Source: Mytilus edulis
Lineage: Eukaryota
Direction: 5' to 3'
DNA: 64,000 bases
NCBI RefSeq assembly: GCF_963676685.1
Contig: NC_092352.1
Span: forward strand, 13,330,001 to 13,394,000
Shown: piece after piece, positions 38,401-49,700 of the stretch
Layout: every line of letters starts with the position of its first letter
How positions within the stretch are numbered: the stretch's first letter is position 1
Position numbers and translations under genes: made by a program
The notes under the pieces: generated by a model
The model's input: only the letters and a program-made list of their open reading frames with translations
What the model was told of the DNA's origin: nothing
Database searches by the model: none

Positions 38401-41400
38401 TTCCAGAGCAATTGAAAGACATATTTTGGAGTTTGTTTCTCATGGAAATCATTGTTACCAGGGAATGTAGTTTTGAAAATTTCCAATTTGAATGATTGTA
38501 CAGAGGGGGCCTTTATACTAATTGATATTAAAGCTACAAGTCAAAATCTAAACACTAGTAGAACAGACTAGATGATTAACATATAGTATATCTGTCTAAA
38601 GGTGGTTGAAAGTTCAGGATTGATATACATATAATTATACATTTATTGAATAGAACTGATTTGCTAATTTGTTTTGTGCACTCTTTCTTTTTCAATATTT
38701 ACAGGTGATTGATGCCACGAGATTGACAGTGTCTCATTATCAATCACTAGGAAAGTGGCTCAACTTGAAGCTCCTCTTGGTTTTAAACCAATGAGCTTGT
38801 TACAATGACGTTTCCGCTCATGAATATAATTTCATGATGAAACGGTTCATATTTATTTAAGGTACCGATCAAAGAAGAAGGCATTCTCCAAGTCTGCCAA
38901 GAAATGGCAGGATGAGGCTGGAAAGAAAGAGATAGAGCGTGATTTCAACAAGATGAAGAAGTACTGTAGAGTCATCCGAGTCCTTGCACATACTCAGGTA
39001 AGGCAATTATTTCGACACAAAATGTAGATACAGTGCAGTCCAGTGTATCCGCGCACCCAAGACTTGTGATTTCACTTTGTTCAACTAATAAAACCAACAA
39101 TTGGATAATACTTTTATTTCATAAAATCTTCTGTTTGTATGGTTTCACCTTTAAGATTTTGTGTAATGTATGTCCAAAATTAGGGGAACCCTGTTCTGAG
39201 AGTTCCTCAAATGTCTGGTGATATGGTGCATGCCTTCCAAAAATATCTTATTTTGAATAAAGGAAAGATTTTCTACTACAAAATTTGGCTGAATGTTAAC
39301 CAAGCACACTGCCAAGGATACATAGCAAAAGTTATTTCCATCTGATATAAATTTGACTTAAATAACACGAATTTTATCTGATGAGGCCAAATAAAAATAT
39401 ATGTGTGGTTCCAGTAACCCTACCGTCCCTACTTTTTCGGCTGAAAAATAGCCTACCCTAAATATTTTATTGTCATTTTTCATTAAGCACTGTTAAAGTC
39501 AGAATGTTGCTCCCATAGACTCAATTTAAAAAAAAAAACATAAAATAAAAAAATATCCCTACCTACCTTAACTTTTTTTCAGATGTAACTGGAACCACAC
39601 ATACTTTTTTATTTGGCCTGATGTAATTATTTTAATCGAAATTGGCCATATATTGTAAATCAAGGGATTGGAGTTGTTTATTTGATGAAATCCGCTAATG
39701 CGCTGCATCACCAGCCGCGGGGACTGGGGACTCCACTGTACGTCTTTAAAGAAACACCACAGTAATCTTAATTTGTGGTAGCGAGCTGACTGAGTGCAAG
39801 AGGTCTGGTTTAAATACCTGGTGCAGTCTAACCAAAACTGCACGTTCAAAATGACACAGGTTACATGACAACACTCGAGACATAATAAATGTAAGAACTA
39901 TAGAAACTTGTTTCTAATTTCTGGATAATAGACTTGTAAAGTAGAAAAAAATCATTGAAAAATACAGAAATAAAAACACAGTGAGAGAAAAAAAATCTAA
40001 ATGATGTGTTATTACCAGATAGGCCCATTCTAGCATTTGAATCTAATACAGCATAGCATAAACATCAAAATATTGATCAACCCTAAATGAAAATATCATT
40101 CTTTCTATTTTTGGTGGCATGATTTACGTTGTGGTGCTTAGCTTATATAATATAGTACTGAACATTGTCTTTATTGCAGACCAAGTTGATGAAGAAACGT
40201 CAAAAGAAAGCCCACATTATGGAGATCCAAGTTAATGGTGGTACCATCTCCCAGAAAGTAGACTGGGCTAGAGATTACTTTGAAAAGAGCATCCCAGTAA
40301 AGAATGTGTTTGCCCAGGATGAAAACATTGATATCATTGGTGTAACCAAGGGTAAAGGAGTAAAAGGTAAGATTGTAAACAAAAGAAAGGTGTTGAATAA
40401 CATTGTTTCAAAAAGTTTTAAAATCCACTAGTACAGAAACAAAACTTGTCCCTCTATATGGCTACAATTTTTTTTTTAAATTTTCACCTAGTCCAAATCA
40501 ATAATTACTAGTCTGGGGCACAAGACTAGTGGCTAACAGTGCAGACTGGTACAAGTATTACAGTAGCTTTCTTTTAAAGAGACTGTTTATTACATCAGTT
40601 CAAATCATGAAGAATTTTGTCATATTTAATATAACATCTGTTGAACTTGTATTCTTAGATTGAGTTTCTGTTAAATCTGTCTCGTGACTACTGAAAGATC
40701 CACTCGTGTTAAAAGGATAAATGCAAAAATATCAAAAGTATTGGTAAAGCTCTCTGTGACAACTCCCAACATTATCCTCCAGTTTAATATATATAATGTA
40801 TTATGTTAATAGGTGTAACATCCAGATGGCACTGTAAGAAATTACCAAGGAAGACACACAAAGGTCTACGTAAGGTAGCCTGTATTGGAGCTTGGCATCC
40901 AAGTCGTGTCCAGTTCACTGTGGCCAGAGCTGGACAGAAGGGTTACCATCACAGGACTGAAATCAACAAAAAGATCTATCGTCTTGGTGATGGATACCAC
41001 ACTAAGGAGGGCAAGCTTATCACAAGCAATGGTTCTACTGAATATGATGCTGATGAGAAGCCAATCACTCCAATGGGAGGATTCCCTCATTATGGAGAAG
41101 TATCAAACGACTTTGTCATGGTTAAGGGATGTTGTGTTGGACCCAAGAAGAGAGTTGTCACACTTAGAAAGGTACATTTTATTTAAACTTCAACATCATT
41201 ATGAAAAAAAATGGAATTGCTGTCAATGAAGAATAAAACAAGTATGTGTTAATATTATAACACTGTGTTATATACAGTTAATTATTTTTGTTAAATTTGA
41301 GAATCAATCAATGATGAAACACATGGAAAGTATCCCTGCCGGGATACTCTGAATTTGATGAAGATTTCACCCATGTTGCCTTCCTTCTGATGATTGATTC

Positions 41401-42335
41401 TTGAAATACATGTCAATTTTAAATACAGTTAAAATAAATACTATCTGGGAACACATGCACATTGTTGCTTTACAATAGTATATAAATTTACATTTTATGT
41501 TTGTTTCTGTTTACAGTCTCTCTTGGCATCGTTCAAAAAGAAGCAAATGGAGAAGATTGACCTGAAATTCATTGACACCGCCAGTAAATTTGGTCATGGA
41601 CGTTTCCAGACATTCAAGGAGAAACACAACTTTATGGTAGGTTTAATTGTATACTTTCAGGCATCATTATTTAAATAGATATATGAAGATGTGGTGCGAG
41701 TCCCAATGAGACAACTCTCCATCCAAATACAATTTTTAAAAGTAAACCATTATAGGTCAAGGTACAGACTTCAACACAGAGCCTTGGCTCACACCGAACA
41801 AAAAGCTATGAAGGGCCCCAAAATTACTAGTGTAAAACCATTCAAACGGGAAAACCAACGGTCTAATCTATATTTAAAAAAAAAACGAGAAATATGAAGT
41901 AAACACGATAAATAAAGGGGGTAAAAATAAGTTGTAGGGAGTTGCAATATAACCCTTGTTAATTTGGAGCTGTTAATCTAAATGATGAAACACGTGGATG
42001 ATGTCCCTGCCAGGATATCCTGAATTTAGTGAAGATTTAACCATGTTGCCTTCCTTCTGATAGATTAACTATTCAATTGTTGGGCTTTCACAAACACCAA
42101 ACCAGGCAAAACTACAGATTACTAAAATGATTTCGGTAATACTTTACAAAATCACTATATAAACGTACATATTTATTACATTTAAGTGTTGTTTTATTTG
42201 CATTTCTCTTGTAAACAGGATGATACTCTTATTTAAAAAGTATCCACCATGCTCACCTGCATTTCTAATATATGTGTTTTCCTATTTTAGGGTCCACTCA
42301 AGAAAGATGCTGTAGCAAAAACAGAGGCTTCTTAG
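35449..42335 (+). CDS. RPL3: 60S ribosomal protein L3 (uL3), 403 aa, 8 coding exons
   Basis: Exons 35449-35451 (ATG), 36551-36743, 38094-38262, 38862-38997, 40180-40366, 40813-41171, 41517-41636 and 42291-42335 sum to 1212 nt in frame. Translation [13 protein letters not shown]...[30 protein letters not shown]...[13 protein letters not shown]...GPLKKD. AATAAA at 42355-42360. Confidence 0.98.
35932..36058. mobile_element. Small MITE in RPL3 intron 1
   Basis: GTAGTCCA ... TGGACTAC flanked by a CATTGAG direct repeat; its core is also present, inverted, at about 32293-32329. Confidence 0.8.
37124..37272. mobile_element. Short MITE with 6-bp TSD in RPL3 intron 2
   Basis: CAAATG|CAGTCTTCAC ... 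GTGAAGACTG|CAAATG. Confidence 0.8.
37386..38058. mobile_element. Fold-back element with TIRs of about 95 bp and a 5-bp TSD in RPL3 intron 2
   Basis: TTTAT|CAGGTCAGGAATAACCACCAATTGGTGGATTATACCTCAATTGACGTATAATCC ... perfect inverse ...GTTATTCCTGACCTG|TTTAT. Confidence 0.92.
38705..38861 (+). promoter_or_regulatory. Candidate unproductive (PTC-containing) 5' extension of RPL3 exon 4 via an alternative 3' splice site
   Basis: Branch-like GCTAAT at 38663-38668, pyrimidine tract at 38681-38693, CAG at 38702-38704. Splicing from exon 3 gives TG|G TGA (Trp, then stop). The segment contains three hairpins. Confidence 0.65.
39385..39618. mobile_element. MITE with 3-bp TSD (TGA) in RPL3 intron 4
   Basis: GGCCAAATAAAAA...TGTGTGGTTCCAGT / ACTGGAACCACACA...TTTTTATTTGGCC. 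Confidence 0.85.
41301..41400 (+). ncRNA. SNORD83: Box C/D snoRNA, U83/SNORD83 family, copy 1 (RPL3 intron 6)
   Basis: Terminal stem GAATCAATCA/TGATTGATTC; C box ATGATGA at 41311-41317; D' CTGA at 41349; C' TTGATGA at 41355; D CTGA at 41387-41390. The guide TGTTGCCTTCCTT matches vertebrate U83 as I recall it and is complementary to 18S AAGGAAGGCAGCA. Confidence 0.9.
41972..42069 (+). ncRNA. SNORD83: Box C/D snoRNA, U83/SNORD83 family, copy 2 (RPL3 intron 7)
   Basis: Terminal stem GTTAATCTA/TAGATTAAC; C box ATGATGA at 41982-41988; D box CTGA at 42057-42060; identical guide CCATGTTGCCTTCCTT; paralogous to copy 1. Confidence 0.9.
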
Positions 42336-45300
42336 AAATGGGACATTTCAAATGAATAAAAATTCTGTGATGTAATTGTACATGTCCATTTTTGTAAAAG
42401 TTTACTCGTCAAATAACTTCGTTACTAGTGACACATTTTTATATTGGGCCAGTTGAAGACCAATTGGTGGCCTTTTGCTGTTGTCTGGTCATTGATCAGG
42501 TTGTTGTTTCTTTGACATATTCCTCATTTCCATTCTCAATTTTAGTTGAGTCGTTTTAATAGTGTTGCTATAATGACTATATATGTTCTCATTTGTATGC
42601 AATATATACTACTGGATGTTAAACACCAACAAATGAAAAAAATTATCAGTTTATCAATGTGCATGTGGTGTGATTACCAATGAGATGACTATAAATCAGA
42701 CCAAATGTTGAGGGGTCACCTATTGTATTTTTTACTCATTTCCTTCAACAATTTGAGAGAGAAAACCACCTACAGCATTATGAATTACCAAGAAAAGACC
42801 AAGGTATGCAAGTCTGATTTAGAAAAATTATATACAACAGCAAACGAAATAGTGTAAAGATTATGTATCCAGGCACAATGTACACCAGTCACTGCAACTT
42901 AACTCGAAAAATTGCAGTTGGTATAAATCTATCCCCACACAATGAAAAAGTTGCCAACAAGAAAAAAAATTGTCAAAGATGTTTTCAAATCCCCATTGAT
43001 ATGACATGATTTGGCTTCTTTGCTTTAAATCTACAAGTTTGCCCGATTGGCATGCCGCAGTAGGATTGAACAAATATATGGCCGGGTCTTTGTTGCTGTT
43101 TTCCAAATTGAAATAGAAATCCGATGTAATTAAATGCCAATGAACAATCACAGATTGTTAAAGTAAGCCATGAGAACTTCAAATCGGAAATCACAGATTG
43201 TTAAAGTTAGCCATGAGAACTTCAAATCGGAATCAATAGACCACAATTGAGCGTATATATGTTGTGGCATAAATTCTCGTTTATTTTGCAACTTGTCTTG
43301 ACACTTCAGAATTGACTTACTACTGAAGGATAGGTTTGAATTGTGGTATACAGTATTCAAGAGTTCCCGGTCATAATGTCCAGTGGCAAATATTTCTGCC
43401 ATCACCTCAAGTTGTAAGCAGCTGTATGGGTTTAATATGCATTAATCAATATTCAAATTTTGTCCCATCAAACTTGGGAGGATCCTTTCATCAACTACGA
43501 GACCAAATGACTTTCTTCGGTCTTGCATCATTTTTCTTGAAATCCTCTAGCAATAGTTAGGTTATATTGTAATCACTGTATTCATATAGAGGGGATTGAG
43601 GTAAGCAAGCTACAAGAAACTGGATTGGCTTACAATTTGAAACAACAAACGGTATTCTTTTACTTTGATATAATAATGTTTTTCTAATTACCGAATGGTG
43701 TACGAGTATCTTGATGGGCCATGTCGTTTGTACCTTGTAGAAAGTTTCCAAAAACACTTGTAAAAAAGATGTGGTATTAATGCCAAAGAAACCAAAATGA
43801 CAAAAATTACAACTAGAGGTCACCATTAAAAACTAACGGGCTTATTTATATAAGAAAATGAACGATAAATCACTGAATTGAAGGCACATACATACATTAA
43901 TTAAATTATTATGATAATGCGGCGGATCCCAACCCTTTCCTTGACCTTGGACAGTGGTATAAGAACGAACTATAAAAATCAGTTGAAAAATTCTTAACGG
44001 GTACTTGTACATCCCAACAACAAAAAGACACTAGGAACAGATCTGAGAGAACTAACAGCTAGTCGTGCATCTAAGACTAAATTATCAATCCGTACACATC
44101 CAACATTCAATGGATTTAGTGTAAAGGAGTCATAAACAGTCTGAGAAAAACATAACCTTCTGCAATGCCAAGATACAGGTATCGACAGATTATAGACCTT
44201 GTTTCGCTATATGACTTAATTTTGATTTCATAGTTCCATTAAACGAAACATTGCTGTCACGTTTACCTAACAAAAACAATGGACTAAAAATAGTTATCAA
44301 AAATTCTATTACATGTAAAAAGAATTTGCCACCGAACTTTTTTTTAAATGATTCATTTAGAATCCTATCAATCAGTCCTCAATCATTTCCGTCAACAAAA
44401 CTAGTATTTGAAATAATTAAAAAATCTTAAAAGTTCTTGTGTGGGAAAAACTGATGCCAAACTTGAGTAAACAACATCCTGCCATAGGATTTACAAGTGA
44501 AGTATCACTGAGATATAATAAACTAAAGTGTACAAAAATGATGATAGAAAATCATTTGACCGATACATAGTTGCCAAATTAAACTTTGGTCAATTATGTG
44601 AAAATATATTAAATAAGATGTGTTTTATTACTAATGGTCCTCATTTAAGTCCGATCAGTTTATGCAGGTCTGTCACCCAACTACTACCAGAAGCAACTCT
44701 ATTCTACCCCTACATTTTTTTTAATTTCTGAACAAAAATCAAGCGATAGATTTTCATTGAATACTTGCATGTCGTTTATTTCAATGAATTTACAATTGGA
44801 AAAATATAGAACCGAAAATGTGTTTCTCGTCCAGAATGTTGATGATGGACACCTAGATAAAATGGACAATTTGCATACGAATGTGATGAACTTTAGTGTT
44901 TCTATTGACAACAATTTTTAAAAATAAATTTCCCTCTTAACCAGTCGACAGACATACCTTAGTATGGATATTTTAAAGTTTGGTTTTTAACTACACTTAT
45001 ATTTGATATAGTGCTAGCAGAGCAGACCGACAGATTTGACAGTAGCAAAGCTACATTGCTTGTAAATTTTTATTTTCAACATCAATTTTACTATGCTGAA
45101 TTGTTCGTCACATGGGGGTTACCCCCCCCCCCCAAAAAAAAAAATAATAAAAAACACAACCCCTGCTTACACTTTATAATCCAGTGCTTAGAAACGTACA
45201 ACTATTGATCAATAACCGGTTGATTTATTTATAATTGTTGTAAACTCGGGTTATGAAAATCTGTCTATGTATACATGTTTAAACAAGACAATAACAATCA

Positions 45301-46623
45301 AAACCAAGGAGTAAATAAGAACTCACAAAACCAAAAGACTTTTACATCATCAGTTATAAATAATAAAGAAGAAACAACACGAACTCCACTAAAAACCGGG
45401 CTTGAAATCAGGTGCTCCGAAAGGGTAAGCATTTCCTACACCGTAAACGGCACCCGTCGTGTTATTTCTTTGTTCAGTTCGGTAATGATAAAAGGTTATT
45501 ATGACTGAGGAAGAATATCAGATAGAGGATGAAGAGAAACTGTAAGAAACAAAAATGATCATCAAAACAAGATCTCTTATGGCAAAAAATTTGTTTTCCA
45601 CTTATAGAAGTTGTTGTACTGTAAATTAGTCAACAATGCTGTAGGAGTTGTAGCCTTTGAAGGATGTTAAAAAGAAAATGGGGTTTTCTATTTTCTTTCT
45701 TGAAACTAATCGAAATATGATCTCATTGCATTGTATGAATTTTATGCAAAATTGACAGCTCCTTGATATCTATAGTTTTTTATTGCAACAGAGGTGTAAA
45801 AGGTTTGTATACGGCCGTTTATTGTATACCTTTGTCCGTCCGTCGTCAACATGTTGGACATTGAACTCGAAAACGCTTAAACCAATTTGCGAAATGTTTT
45901 AAAATATCTATTGAGGTTGGCTCCCTTTTGAATTTTATAAATTTGAGATTTTACGTTTTCGAGTTTTGGGGTTTTATTCATTTAAAAAAAAAGGGGGGGA
46001 TTTTCCAGTGTTCTGACAATTACTCGCAAACACTTTCAGCAATTAAGTTGCACTTAATTTTGGTATTTTTTTGTGTCGATTGACATAGGTCTCTTATAAT
46101 TTTTATAAATTTTAATGTAAGTTTCTAGGTTAAGTTGTTTTATTCATTACAAAAAGGGGGATCAGTTTCCAGTTTTCTAACAATAACTCAAAAATGCTAT
46201 AAAGCAGTTTTCATTGAAATTTGTCGACCGATTTATATCTATTAAGATAACCTCTTAAATAATTATTTAGTTGTTTGTTGGGTTTTTTTAATTTCTGATT
46301 TGACGTTGAGAAGTTGTTGAACTTTATGTTTTGAAAACGCAATGGGCGTATCATGCACTCATGGCGCAGCTGTTAATTTTTTTTTCTGATGCAAAACAAC
46401 ATGCACTTAACAATATATGTATGAACGTGTTTAAATTGTACGTGTAGTTTAAAAACAATCACATTTTATCAGCATTATAAACGCAGTAAAACGTGGCTTG
46501 CGTTAAAAAGGTTATATCCCCGGCAGAAAGCATACCGTAATTATCAATCCAGATTAAAATTTTGCTAATATGTGCGATGCAATCACAGATCTGTGTAGAG
46601 CAACGTTCGTGGCGTAATTGTCA

Positions 46624-46650
46624 TTACGTCAGAATTACGTCCTTAGCAAC
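46624..46650 (+). promoter_or_regulatory. Candidate CRE-like and RFX X-box motifs upstream of the WD40 gene
   Basis: TTACGTCA at 46624-46631 and GTCCTTAGCAAC at 46639-46650, about 110 bp before the ATG in a locally CpG-rich stretch. Confidence 0.45.
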
Positions 46651-46759
46651 ATATAATCTGGTATTATGGAGGTAACGTGAAGTCGCAGACAGCAATTATA
46701 TGGTATAAACAGCAACACCTGAAGACTTTTGACGACTCATAGTAAACTGGCGATTCGCA

Positions 46760-49700
46760 ATGTCGTCGGTAAATTTGCCGCCAATTAAGAACCTTGTTAA
46801 ATTCACGAAATCCACAAAATCAATCTCAGCTCTTGATACTGAGAACGTTAGTAAGAGTAGAAGGAAATCAGGAGTAAAGAAAAGCAAAGAATTCGATCCC
46901 GATAAAATTGCAGCAGAAGTTCGATATGCGCAACTGCAATCAATATTTGGTAATGCAGAAGACGGTTTAAACATAAAAGAGTTTAAAAGAGCAATGAGAG
47001 AAACTCTTGGTAACAAAATGACGGATGATGAAATCGAACTACTCTTCATGAAGGTTGATGCTAACTGTGACGGAGTGGTCGACTGGGAGGAATATGTAAC
47101 ATATAATTTATTAGAATATCAAGGGAAGTCACTGATGAAAGAGATGATGAAAGAAATACCTTTTCCTCACGAACCAAAACAAATTCCGAGTCGTCACCGA
47201 GAGGTTATTGTTTCGATCCTATTTTACCCCAACGTGCGGAGACGAGACGGTCGTTGTTATATAGACCATACAAATGGTAGGTATGTTACGATCAGCAAGG
47301 AGGGAATTTTGTCAATTTGGAACGTGCATATGAAGTTAATCACAAGTTTTAATACTATATCTGAGATTGGAGACAGGGCAACACAGCCATGGTTGATCGA
47401 CTTGGCGTGCATTTACAATGTAGGAATGGTAGCAATTTCGTCAACAGATCGGGACATAACTGTCTTTGATCTACAGGGAAACAATTTTAGGAAGAAATAT
47501 CATCTCATAGGACTAGACGACTGCATAACATGTATGCATTACTGGGTAGACTTAAATGATATGAATGAAGCAAAACTCCTTTGGGGAGACACATCGGGAA
47601 GCGTTTGTGTAATTATCTTCAAACAATGCCTTCGTGGAGGCCTGTTTGGTTCATTTGGTGTGAAAAGGGGTGGATTTAAAAGAATTAGCTTACCTGAAGT
47701 TATAAGGGGTTTCTACAAAGGTGCAAGAGGATATAGATTTAACCGAGTTCATAGTGATTGGGTGTTGCGTTTAAGGTATATTCCAGAATTAACTGCCTTC
47801 ATATCTTGCAGTCAATCTTCTGATAACTCACTTTGCGTGTACGAAATCGGAAAGAAAAAGACGAACTCAGTGATTAAGATCAATAAGGGAATTCTTTGTT
47901 TTGATTACTGTCCAGGAAATAACATCATTGTTACTGGTGGTATGGATTACTGTATCCGAGCATGGAATCCCAAAGTTAATGCAAAGTCTATGTATGTGTT
48001 GAAAGGATACACTAAACCAATTAATCAAGTTGTAATTAATACCCGAAAGAGCCAGATCATTGGTATAGACAAAAGACGTACTATACGAGTATACGACATG
48101 AAAGACCAATCATGTCTTCAGCATGTTAGTGGCAGAGTGGTAAAACTTGGGAAAGTTCCATTGTCGGCGGTTTACTTTAACCCAGTGTTACAGACACTAA
48201 TCATAGCTACAAATCATCTTGCCGTGCTTCAGAAATCTAATGAAGAGGAAAGGGCTGCAGATATCGAGTCTCATACAAAACCAGTTGTTTGTGTTCTATA
48301 CAATAAGCTCTTCAAATTCGTAGTTAGTGCTTGTCAGGATTCTGTGATCAGTGTTTGGGACCTGTATACTGGAGAAAAAGTTATACATGCTGCCAATGCA
48401 CATGTCCGTGAGGAGAAGGGCATCATAGTACCAGTAGAAATAACATCAATGGCATTTGATGGTCCACTGCGACGTGTTATCACAGGGGCCATGGACGGTA
48501 GTATCAAAGTGTGGAACTTTAATAACGGAAGTTGCTTGCAGACATTCAACACTCCGGATGGAGTAGAAATAACAGGCATAGTTAGTATCAATCATCGAAT
48601 ATTTGCCACTGGATGGTCAAGGAAGATGCATATTTTCATTGACGGTAGAGGAGAAGAGCATCGAAAGGACTGGAGGCAGAAACACAACGAAGATATCCTG
48701 TGCATGTCTTATTTAAGTCCCAATATCATCGCAACTGGTGCTTACGATGGAGATGTTGTTGTGTGGTCACGGGACACTGGACACGTTTACTGTACTTTAA
48801 ATGCAGGAAAGAGTATAAAACCGATTGGAGATACAAAAAACAAGAACAAGGATGACAGACCAGACACAAGCCAAAGCGGAAACTCGGAAGCTAAATCAAG
48901 TGAATTAGGTTTTTCATTTAACATTTTTGAGAATCTTGCGTCAGAAGAAATGCTGAAAAAGAGAGTAAGAAAAGCGAGTTTTTTACATAAAAACATAGAC
49001 ATCTTAAACAGAGTTAAAGGAAACGTCTTAATGAAAGAAAACAAATGGTCACAGAAAATCGGTCGCTTAGATGATACACCAGTAGAACATCCGTTACTCC
49101 CATTGTATAGGAACCAAGACGATTCACCAGTAGATGGAACAAATCAGAAACCTCCGAGTCGAGTGGCGAGTAGACGAGAAGATTATGATGATCTTTGTAA
49201 AATGTATGAGTCGTCTATTGAATGTATCTTATTTTTAGAATCGCGTGATAGAGAAAGCGAGGAAACTGCCATCTTAATTACGAGTGGAGCAGAAGGATGG
49301 ATTCGTGCCTGGTCAATTTACCACCAAGGAGGCCTTTTAGGTCAATTCAATGCTGCACACAAAGTAGGAGAAGGTGTACATACAATGTGTACTGACGAAA
49401 AAAATAAACTGCTATTCACAGCAGATAGCTGTGGATATGTTAAAATGTGGGATTTGTCAGAATATTGCACAAAGAAAGTGCTTACCAAGGCACGTAGGGC
49501 AAAGCGATGGAAGTATCTTAATGATACGTTCACATTTGTTAAATTTTCATATTGTTATGAACAGCCACCGGAAATCCTTATCTCATCAAACAAAATGCCA
49601 TCCAACATCAACAACAGACCACCACCAGCATCTTCATTGCCAAAGATAACACTAAAATGGCCCTTACTTGTGAACTCATATCGGGCACACACAAAAATTA

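Noticed and set aside
38705-38806. H/ACA snoRNA reading of the intron 3 hairpins (second hairpin is followed by ACA)
   Set aside because: There is no ANANNA box between the hairpins; the alternative-acceptor reading fits better, though this is not fully excluded.
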